The translations under genes were made by a program, and so were the position numbers. The notes beneath the pieces are model-generated. The model was given only the letters and a program-made list of their open reading frames with translations. It was not told the origin of the DNA and made no database searches. A stretch of 61,257 bases of DNA, counting the filler, from Sphacelaria rigidula (taxonomy: Eukaryota): the NCBI GenBank assembly GCA_964200075.2. It is 6 parts of 6 records of this genome, joined end to end, with 100 filler letters (N's around TTAATTAATTAA, not from the genome) between each part and the next. Parts side by side here need not be neighbours in the genome. Positions count along the whole stretch, not along the records: positions 10,228 to 20,354 come from CAXNAA020007080.1; positions 20,455 to 30,581 come from CAXNAA020007081.1; 4 more parts are not named here. One strand, written 5' to 3'. How positions within the stretch are numbered: the stretch's first letter is position 1; each line of letters opens with the position of its first letter. This document shows positions 10,635 through 20,857 of the stretch, piece after piece.

Positions 10635-13600
10635 ATCCGACTGCTGTGCTCGGACATGGAGATTTCTCCGCGGTTCGTGTGGTGGTTACTCGTAGGAAGG
10701 ATAGGCGGAAGTGCGAGGCGAAAGTGGTGAAGCGATCTGAGCTCCCAGACAGCGGGTTCGCTAGCCTTCGGCGGGAGGTAATGCTGTTCCAAGGGCTTCG
10801 TCACCCGAACATCGTCCGGTTGCTTGACTGGTACAAAGAGGACGTGTCGCATCTGTACACGGTGTTTGAACTCTGTGAAGGTATGTGAGCGAACCCAACC
10901 CGTTGTCTACAACATACGGTACTTGCACTTTCGCTAAACCTTGAGCGTCAGTCGGCAAGGTACATAATAACATGAGGCGGTGTCACTCTTAGAGATTGAG
11001 AACAAAATTATTACTTGTGTTTGCTTCGTGTATGCAATTATGTTCTGTTGAGCATATTGTGATCTCATCCCCGCACACCGTGCCGTGTGTACGGCCACCT
11101 GGGTGACCTGCGTAGAATGGCCCTGCTAACGGAATATAAATGGGAGAAATCCAATTTGAATGTTGGACACTCATGTCGTGGAGAGGGCGCTGAAAATTTC
11201 CCCATCTGCTTCGACGAGGCAATTGACTGTGTTGGTACGAAATTGCATGGCCAATATGCCAAGATGGATGATTACTGGGGTTCCACCAGAGCCAACCCTG
11301 GCCTCCTCACTACCTCCCAGGCCCCCTCCGCGTATCTGAGCAAACCGTTGCTGCCGTGGGTCTGAGCAAAATGTTGATTATTTTCCGCAATGACGCTTTT
11401 CATCGCCCAGGTGCGTCCAACTCTCAAGTAGGCATCATGATCACTCGAGAGATACCAGCTCGGCTCTGATGTCCGTACGCGCGCGCTAAATGATTTAGCA
11501 CTATAACATGATGTCAACATTGTCTGTTTTGATTGTGGGGCATACATCGTGGCTTACAGGGTCACAGAGACTATTGAAATCCGCGGCTGAGAACGACTCC
11601 CGGCACAAAATATGGAGCTAAACGTGCATCACCACGTGGTTGGGCTTCTATGTTCTCGGATATGTTCGGTCGAGTCAACATTATCGAGGTCAGCTCCATC
11701 TCTTCCTATTCGAGTTTGACTTGGAGCCTAAGTCAAACGGTGTCTTTTTACCAGCGGCAAGATCCTGTGTTCGTGTATGATGCTCGATACTCGTAGGTGG
11801 TGACCTGTTGGACTTTGTCGGATCGAAGACCACCTACAACGAAAAGGAGCCACGGGATGTCGTTCTAAAGTTGCTTGAAACGGTGAAGTACATGCACGAC
11901 AAAGGCATCGCACACCGTGATCTTCAGGTAAGGATACAGCCACGATGCTCATAGTACAACAGGATAGAGCAGTTCAGATTAGCGATAGGCTTGTTCGTCA
12001 TTCACTAAGACGCTTCGTTGCAGCATCGACCCATCGGTGTTACCCCGCGTTTCACGGATCGTCGGTCGTGCCCGTTTTTGTCCGTATCGAGCCGCCCCCC
12101 CTAACGTGTACACAGCGCACCGGCCACTTCCCCCTCCCGAACTTGGTTGTGCAATAGATGCGAGCTTCACGCATCTTCAAAGGAATTGTCTTTCCGTCAG
12201 CTTCCGCTCGAAATTTCCACCACATATGTCTTGACTGAGCTTTTGGACAAGGGATCCGCTGCACTTTCCCCCCAAGGAAACGTGGTTTCAAGGGGCTCTG
12301 AATCCCATGGCTTCTTGCTGCCAAACGCCAGTCTACGTCGACGTTTCGATCGATGGTATGCCACGCTGTTTCGGTCATGCCCTGGTCGGTGAAGTTTGCT
12401 AATTGTGACTGACCTACCCGCGTTCCTCCGTTCATTGTTGCCACCCGTTTGTGTTCATCTACCGCTCATCATGCAGCCAAAAAACCTGTTGCTGGTGAAT
12501 CGGGACACCGTCGACTTCAAAATCGCCGGTTTCGGACGTGCGACCAAAAGCGACACCCCCGATGTTCTGTGCCCCAGGCAATGTGGCTCTCGAGAATGTG
12601 AGATGATATTTTCCTGCTGTTCATTAAAAAAATAAAAAAGAACGTTATACTCGATAGCGCTTCCACACTTGTCCGCCATAATATCGCAAATTAGCATTGG
12701 AACGAATGATCTCGTGGTGGTCAAGCAAAATCACAACGGTTCCAGCTTGACGGACTTGCGACTTTTGCTGGTTCGACTCTGGAGACGGGGAGCGCCGGCA
12801 GGGGATTTCAGTGGCTAAATTTATTTCGTATTGCCAATCAGGCATCTAATATACCACCCTGGTCTAACGTGTCTCATGTCCCTACAAATACAGATATGTC
12901 GCCGGAAGAGATCGAGAAAAAGCCGTGCGGCCGGGCCGTGGATATGTGGAGCATTGGAGTTATCTCTTACATCCTGGTCGCGGGAGAGGCACCTTTCAAG
13001 GGTGCGATTTTATGCTACAGTATACTTTGCTGGCTCACCTTACATACGGATTAAGTAACGAGACTGAACGGGTGGTCATGTCGTCGTCATCATTTGATAT
13101 GCTCGCCATAATATACGGGATTCCGGCGCGCGGTCTACTGTATGGCTTAAGAGACGGATGAAGCAGCTACCTCATGGAATTTTACGCAAGGGAATGGATG
13201 ACAGACATCTTCATCGCGTGGAAGTATGGACGTAAGATATGTAAAAGTCATGACCTGCTCACTCGAAGTGTGAGGTTCCAAACCATTGAAATACTATCCA
13301 TGGCAATGTCATACCGACTTTCTAGGGTTCTCACGCGTACGCCGTTGTTCCCCCTCTTCTTGACGGCGCACTACTCTTGCCATGTACGTGCTGCAACCGT
13401 GTTTGCATTCAACTTACATGGTTGTTCCGGCGACGTCGTGGGCATTGAACTCCACCGCCCGATTGTACCCTGCAACAAAACTCGTTCCTGGGATGCTCCG
13501 CTCTGAACCATCGGCCGGGAGCTACAGACAGCAGTCAGGTGATCTTCCCCGAGTGTACCTTTGTAAACATACATGAGTCAATAGGCTGTCGGCGAGGAGG

Positions 13601-14702
13601 GACGCCAATGCCCTCGAGCGTTCCAGCATGAAGCGCTAGCCTGGAAATGAGGAAGACGTTCCGTGCGCAAAGTAGTGCTAACCGTCTTCAGCCTTTTCCT
13701 CATGCTGACTGCTGTGTCGGAGCAAATCTCGAGGGAATGAATGCCCTTCAACTACACAATGTTATGCTTAGCATGTGCTGCGGCTTTGCTTATATTTGTA
13801 GGCTAACGCGTCGATGCAGGCACTCACCCAGCGGCGCTAGAAAATACATTTTCAACGCTTACCGCTAACTCGCCGCCGGGGAATCGATCGAACATCCTTG
13901 TAATACTTCGTGACTTTTGTGCAGATGCGGCTAGTGGCTAAGATCAAGAGCGGAAGCGTCACCTTCGATGAGGAAGTGTGGGGGCCTATCAGTGACGATG
14001 CACGAGATTTCATCCAGAGGTCAGCACATGTCTGTCCGAATGTTTTCAACGGTTGGGTGCTTGCAAGTTGCCATGCATTTCACTATCACCAGCTACACGG
14101 GTTGTACGTACTTTTACTTGTATCCCCGCGCAGAACATCTGGGACGTACTGGCGGTTTTTACGCCATGCACGCACGCGACCGCAACCACATGTGTACCTC
14201 ACGTCTTGATGGACATATCCGTCTGCTTGGCGAGTTAGCCAGTCTTTCCCCCTGTCTTGTTTGTCGCGCACCATTTCATATTGGACCAGCAACGCTACCC
14301 GGCGTTGAACGCGATCACTTGTGTGTGATGCGGCATAGTTGTTCCGAGGCAGATTGGCTCCGGTTTTGGTATGCTCCCTACGGTGTATATACTGTGCCTT
14401 GGAAACGGCAATCCATCTCATATTCCACGTATGTTGCTCGTGTGCATTTGCTTGTCCGCCATTCGTGTTTGGCTACTTCCAACACTCCATTTTCCTCATC
14501 GTTACTCCCGTAGGCTGCTTACCGCCGACCCCGTCGAGCGTATCACGGCTGATGACGCCCTCAACCATTCCTGGTTGAACAACGTCCAAGACATCAAATT
14601 GGCGAGGTCTGATTTGGTCCCCAGCCTTAAGAGACTGCATGTCTTCAACGCCCTGAGAAAGTTCAAGGCCGCGGTCATACTGATGGTGCTCGCATCAATG
14701 CA
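10635..14702 (+). CDS. CaMK-family Ser/Thr kinase-like domain (probable pseudokinase), multi-exon, 5' end not seen
   Basis: GT-AG exons ~10635-10880 (LGHGDFSAV, EAK, LRHPNIVRL), 11797-11927 (GGDLLD..HRDLQ), 12477-12597 (PKNLLL..KIAGFG), 12894-13001 (YMSPE..VDMWSIGVISYILVAGEAPF), 13925-14019 (ISDDARDFI) and 14514-14702 (RITADDALNHSW..FNALRKFKAAV, a CaMK autoinhibitory/CaM-binding segment). Phases match except between exons 4 and 5. Confidence 0.88.
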
Positions 14703-15192
14703 GTGAGTGTATTCGTTATGCATGGTACCCAGTGGACCCGTCGATGGTGTACTTGTGACATGGAGATGAGGAGAAGTACCGTGCATTGCATCATCGACAG
14801 TGTCAATCATGTGCCCTCATTTAACGGCACGTCGTTGTGGATCACCATCGCTTCCGGTTCTCCCCCTATCATTTCCTGAGTATGACGGCGCAAACCCACA
14901 GCATATCTACTGCAATTTGTCCTTGGACTGGACTCCAGCACGTGTGCCGTATTTCGGCCATACTGACGTTTCGGTACCAGCGACTTGAGATACACCACCC
15001 CCACTCGTCGGGGATGCTCCACAGGCCATGTTGACATAGACCTCGCCGAGTGCAGTATGGTGACTACACCCTGTACATTAACAGCCTGGAAATAGGATAT
15101 CGGCCGCAGGTGTGGCGTGCAATGAGCCTGTTCTTACTAAACAGAGATGCTGCATTTCTCTGCCGTTGTGTACGATGTCTTCGACTGCCTAG

Positions 15193-15370
15193 GCTTGGGG
15201 CGTACGCTGGTATCAAGCAAAATGAAGACGTGCGTGGGGGGGAGCCATCAAATGCCTCCGGATGCGGCGGTCGCGTGAACAGGGCGTCTCTAGCCCCCAA
15301 CATCAACAGCTTCCTCAAGCCACCCTTGCGTAGACAAGAGCGTGGGCAGATGAGCCCGAGTCGTTCGTCG
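15193..15370 (+). CDS. Probable low-complexity linker exon of the kinase gene
   Basis: CCTAG acceptor gives a phase-2 start matching the CA|GTGAGT donor at 14702. Open frame LGAYAGIKQNEDVRGGEPSN..SPSRSS, ending at a GTGAGG donor. Confidence 0.5.
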
Positions 15371-16099
15371 GTGAGGACTGTGCTTCATTTGCTGCCTCGA
15401 CCCGGTGCCTACGTCCCATCTGCACATCTGATGTGGACGATGGCTTGCCGATTCCATTGATATTTCGTGGCTCATGATGATGTAATTATGTACTTCCTTG
15501 GATGTTTCGTTGCTAGACAGGGAAACAAAATAGCCAGCGCCCAACCATTCAGCGCCATGTTTTTTGTTTAGCACATGCTCCATACATTTGTAAGTGCCGG
15601 GCTTCAGGACGAGGGAGCTGCAGTGGCACCTCGACCGCACTGATCTGGCTAACGATTTCCTATTTGTCATGCCGTCAGCAGGATGGTTCGTGCAGTGAGC
15701 GAGATTGGCTAAGCCATCGACTGCTAGATCATAACGGTGAGTTACTGTTGAGACGACACGTGGCGTACATGCTTCCCGCAACTCGCTGTCACAGGACTTG
15801 GTTGGGGCGTGCGCTGTATACACCGATGGGTCGCTCACACAGTATTCGAAGGCGCTGCTTCCGGATCCCTGCAAGTCGATTTTTGGCGCACAAACTCATG
15901 CGGATATTTTCTTTGCAAGGTTCTGACCAACATAACGTGCTTTTGATGTTTTCTTGGCACTTCACCCCCTGCGTTGACTTCACGTTGCTTCTTGTAACTA
16001 AGCAAACGTTGCAATGTGTGAGATGTCAATGTTAGCCCCTTGCCCCTGTCCCCCCTTGCCCCCACCCATGATCGACTGAACCATCAATGCACAACCCAG

Positions 16100-18572
16100 A
16101 TAGCGTTTACCTCGAGCCCGTGGGGGAGACTCTGCCTCGTGGTTACTTGCCGGATGATCATGGGAAAGTGCTCAGCCCTGAGCCACGGGTAACGCTCGCG
16201 CACGTGTTGACCCCCGGAGAGCAGTATGTATCAGTGTCTCGCAGTGTTCGGCTCACCGTGCAGCCCAATAGCTTGCCGGATGCGCCTCAGGCTGGCCCCA
16301 TCGAGCTGGAGGACGTCACACAAATCATATCCTGCGGAGGTGAAGAGTACTTCGTTGATGAAATCGTGCGCTGCAAGCCATCTGGTATCTCCTTCAAAGA
16401 GCCTCTGCTGCTGGATTTCTACATCGATGATGGCCCTTCCGAGGATTGCCCCGAGGTGTCTTTGGACGAAATTCTCACCGAGAATCAGGTGAGAGCAATA
16501 GCTTGTTGTTTGAAAATTACTGGTTGAATCGCGTGGGCCAGCGGTGTCAACACACAAAGCAGGACTGTTTGAGTAATGTGACAGCCACCGTGGCATAACG
16601 CACTTTCTTTGGGGGGATGACGCTCTCCTGGGGGGGGGAGGGGGGGGCACAATCACACATGAGTACCTAGTATAGCCAAAAAACACGCACAGATACAATA
16701 ATGGCTTCATCTAGTGCACTCCCCTATGCCAGGCAGCCCGCGACAGCGTTGTACGCAAAGGGCGGCGTGACACCATCTACGTTTCCAACGGTCATCGGTA
16801 TCAACACTGAATTGGAACCGTGAGAATTCGCTTTTGCATTCGCGCTGGCAGTCAAGCGGCAGAACCCCAAGAGGCAATTCATGCCCTCCGAGGCCATCGC
16901 GGCCTAGATGACCTGCACATGACAGAAGCGATGGGTACCGTGACCAAGATTCCCACGGATGAGTTGCTAGCTGTCGACAGTGTAATTCCAACACATGTCG
17001 CTGCTACATTGGCACCGTGCAGGGACGTGAAGTCAGCATAAACTCAAGACTTGGGTTTTCGTCACGGCCGTTGGCATGATCAAACAAGACGAGCTCTACC
17101 CTAGCATTGAAATGAATCTAGAAGATGAAGACGCCACAGCTACGCTGTCGGCACCGGCTGTACTACCTAAACGGTGATATCCTCATATGTCAATGCCTCG
17201 CACACATCCGCCATCTCCATAAAGTACCAAGTAACACGTCTTGCGGTTCAGGTTTGCGGGGGGGTTGAGCGAAGCAATCTCCAGGAAGCGTGGTGTTTAG
17301 TTCGCTCGATTGATACCCGTGGCGGATTTTGTAATGCTCCCCAACCTGATGTCACGCTTGGAGGCTTGATGTTTTTTGTGGGGAGTTCGAGATCTCGCCA
17401 GGCTCATTTGGCACTGCTGAGACAACCTCGCCACTAAGAATGCCCTTCCCGACCGTTGTGGTTGCTAGTCTTTATCACGTTGCGGAAGGGACAGGATGAT
17501 GGTGACTCAGCGCCATCACCAAGTCGCCCCGTTCACCGTACTGTGATACCTGCAGGTGCTTCGCGACGACGGAAGTGGTGGTTGGTGCACGATGCCAAAG
17601 GAGAAACTATCGATTGAATTCGATAAAGATGGATCAATACTTCTGCGAGCCCACGTGGACCACTTTTGTTGGTTTGCTCGCGGCCAGAGGGGCGGCGGGA
17701 GTGATCGAGTCATGAGTGGGACCCAAAAAAACAAGAGGGTCGTAGTTATCAAGAACGCCACCGGAGCATGCAAGAGAGGAGGTTCGTCCATAATTGGGCA
17801 ACTGAGCCGAAGCACGAGCGAACAGCGTGGTGACACCGAGCAAAAGCAAAGTGAGGACAGCGTACAGGACACAGAGGTACGCCGAAGTCAAGAATTGGAT
17901 TTGGGGGGAGACGAGCGACGAGAACGTGGAGACGGAGCCGCGGACGGTGGGCTAGATTTACTAGTGGTTACGATACCTACCGAGTATGAGTCGAACCGAG
18001 AGGACGGACGTAATGTTTCCGTAAAACTCGGATACGCTGGAGCAAGCGCAGGCGTAGCCCTCGAAAGACAGGGTCAGGCGGTGCGATACTCGCTCCCGGG
18101 TGGAACGAGTCCATTCTGTTCGTCCCTTCTACCTGGTGAAAAATACTCGTTTGTTGTGGGCCAGGAGGGGCAAAATATGCGGTTTCTTATTTGCTCACTG
18201 GAAGACACGCAGTCTTCCAGTGACAGGACATCTAACATCACAGGCTCAAGAAGCTCCTCTGGCACACCCTCCGACGCCACCACTGGCGGCAGCGACGAGC
18301 AAATCATGAGATTTTGGGACAACCTCAATGGCTATGGCGGGCAGAGGCTCGACTTACTGCCGAGGTTTTTTGAGGGGACATGTCAAAAGTATGCCACCGT
18401 GAACAAGCAAGAAATCGTCCTGGCGGACGTTGCGATGGCGCTGGCGGGCATGGGCGAACTGATGGAGGAGTCATCATCGAGGTTAGGTGTAAGGGAAACT
18501 ATGGTATCAGGTATGAGATCGGTGAGGTCGGTCATTAGCCGGCGACGTGGACACGATCGCCAGTCGGGATGA
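16100..18572 (+). CDS. ZU5-like domain protein (exons 16100-16488 and 17556-18572), probably the 3' part of the kinase gene
   Basis: First exon has IVRCKPSGISFKEPLLLDF, resembling the ZU5 'V.CgP.G..F.kPv.L' signature, and ends CAG|GTGAGA. A phase-0 CTGCAG acceptor at 17555 continues VLRDDGSGGW...HVDHFCWF, then ~300 more codons to TGA. Confidence 0.7.
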
Positions 18573-19204
18573 CGATACAGTATGGTGGCGACGGCTGGGC
18601 TGTTTCTGAGGGTTGCGACCACAGTCTACGTGGCTTTTTCATGCACCGCGCCCGTGAGGTCTCACCGTCGGGCACCCGCGAATGCGTGATGTCTTCCATC
18701 CTACCCCTGACATCAACGACTGGAGGGTGTCATGGGAGGGTTGATATAGGATGAGAGCCGTCATAAGCCACTGTGCATGCGGGGGTGGACCGTCATGTGG
18801 TCATCTCACATATCAAGTTTGCCGTTGTTTTGCTCCATGGATTTGTATCGATTGATTTGACGTAATCTCAGACCGATGGGGGCGACTTTCCAACACGGCG
18901 TTCAGGCTACGCAGGGGGGCGCTGCTGCCTCGTAGGGTCCACGAGCAGAAACTACGCGGTCTGCTATACTTGTAGGAGAGGAGGGGAAGTCAGGAGAAGA
19001 TCGTTGTAGAAATAGGAGGGCTGTAGTTGGTGATCTCCCCCAAGCCGACGAGGGCCAGGTAGAGGAGTCAAAACACATGATTTCCCAGTTCTAAGTAAAT
19101 GAAATGTACAAACTGCGATTGCGGAGACTTAACCCTTCCGCACTGGTGATGACCACAGTTTCCTTAACCGGTGTGGTATATACATTATAGCTATAGTTAT
19201 CCGT

Positions 19205-19510
19205 TGCGCCCCCGTGATGTTATGGTTCGACTGTCACCATCAGGGTAGGGAGAACTTGGGTTCGATTTCCGATGCGTTGGGTTTTTCCTTCGAAGCATTT
19301 GATTTCCACCGTCGGAAGCGTGAGTACCACGGCGAGCAAAAGGCAGATGACTGAGTTTATTCGACGAGAGCTGATGCGGTGCGGGAGTGCTGACCGAACC
19401 CGCGTGACCGAAATGCGAGGCGTGTACCGGGGAGAGATGGGATAATCCTTTGAGACCACGGGCTCGTCCTGACCATTGGGAGGGTTCAAGGTGCAACAAG
19501 AAAAAAGTAT
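19205..19510 (+). mobile_element. tRNA-derived SINE (family B)
   Basis: A-box-like TGATGTTATGG, B box GGTTCGATTTCC, A-rich tail. Homologous to the reverse-strand copies at 50075-50470 and 57105-57425. Confidence 0.7.
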
Positions 19511-19516
19511 TGAGAG

Positions 19517-19956
19517 CACAGGATCTTACAAATTGGGGATAGATCTTTTATTGGGGATGGGAAATCCGGATGATTAAAATCTTCGTATTCACACCAAAGC
19601 TTCGAAACATTGTTCCATTTCTTCACCTACTGATAGCTGTTGACAACTGCTACACGCCATACAGATTTGGATTTCGACCACCGAAATGTTGGAGTCCTAG
19701 GTCAAGAACCAATTTTGGGGAATTCCGGGTGTCCGAACGGACGCCAAAATGGTTCTGAAATTGGTTTTTGACCTAGGTCCCCAACATTTAGATGATCGAA
19801 GTCCAAAATTCTATGGCGTGTAGCAGTTGTCAATAGCTATCAGTAGGTGAAGAAATGGAACCATGTTTCGAAGATTTGGTGTGGATACCAAGATTATAAT
19901 TCTCCGGATCTCTCATCCCCAATAAAGGATCCATCCCCAATTTGTAAGATCCCGTG
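19517..19956. mobile_element. Fully palindromic MITE with CAC...GTG termini
   Basis: CACAGGATCTTACAAATTGGGGAT ... ATCCCCAATTTGTAAGATCCCGTG, self-complementary to the centre. Flanks ATTGAGAG/TTTGAGAC (6/8) fit a decayed 8-bp TSD. Confidence 0.82.
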
Positions 19957-20475
19957 TTTGAGACGTGAGGCAAAGGTCGGTCTACCTGCCAGAAGCTGGT
20001 ATTTTCCCCCGTGGTTCAAACGTCGTCTCCGCTGTGTGTTTTGTTTCATACCTATTTGTTTTGCAAAAGTGGTGAACGTGTTTTAACTCGCTAATTCTAG
20101 GAAGGGCTCACTATGGACGATGCCCGAGGGCGGGTGGGAGGGTACACCGTTTTCAGGAGGTTTGTATGCCCCCTACATATCATGGGTAGTGATAATGCTA
20201 AGTACTGCACGGGCCAATGGAATCTGTCCAGGACTTTACAGGTTATTCCTCGTATCTGGGGGGGGGGGGGGGGGGGGGGGCGCTTTTGGTGGGTTATTTT
20301 GGTGGTGTTCCCTTTCACCACCCCCCCCCTTTAAGGGGGGGGGGGGGGGGGGGGNNNNNNNNNNNNNNNNNNNNNNNNNNNNNNNNNNNNNNNNNNNNTT
20401 AATTAATTAANNNNNNNNNNNNNNNNNNNNNNNNNNNNNNNNNNNNNNNNNNNNCAATGCTTGAAAACCACGTGC

Positions 20476-20857
20476 GACTCATTCTACGATAGGGAGAGGG
20501 GGGGCGTGCTCATTTGTTGCTTGCCTTAGTCGTGTGACCATCGACCACGCATCCTTTTCGAGATGGAGCACCGTTCCTACTCCTAATAGAGATACCTCCA
20601 ACATTCTGGCGCTCATTAATAGGGAGAGGGGGGTGGGGGGGTGGTGGGGTGGTGGGGGGTGATTCCACAAAAAAAGGGGCTCATAGGTGTGTCAGACGAC
20701 CTACCATACTCGCGGTGCACTGGAATTCCGTTGAAAATGCTATCGGTAACAAAATCGGTCGAACAGCCGTTGCTGCTTTCGACGACGATTTGAAGTGGGA
20801 TTTGGTGGAAGAATTGCCCCCCAAATACCCCCCCCCCCCCCTATCGTAGCATGACTC
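20476..20857. mobile_element. Longer member of the GAGTCATGCTACGATAGGGG-TIR MITE family
   Basis: GACTCATTCTACGATAGGG ... CCCTATCGTAGCATGACTC. Internal similarity to 39713-39963. The GCATCCCTTTCGAGACGGAGCAC segment is shared with 10228-10330, 42600-42700 and 51133-51190. No TSD seen. Confidence 0.65.

Noticed and set aside
14704-14706. TGA as the certain end of the kinase
   Set aside because: It overlaps a consensus GTGAGT donor with a phase-compatible downstream exon; kept only as an alternative.
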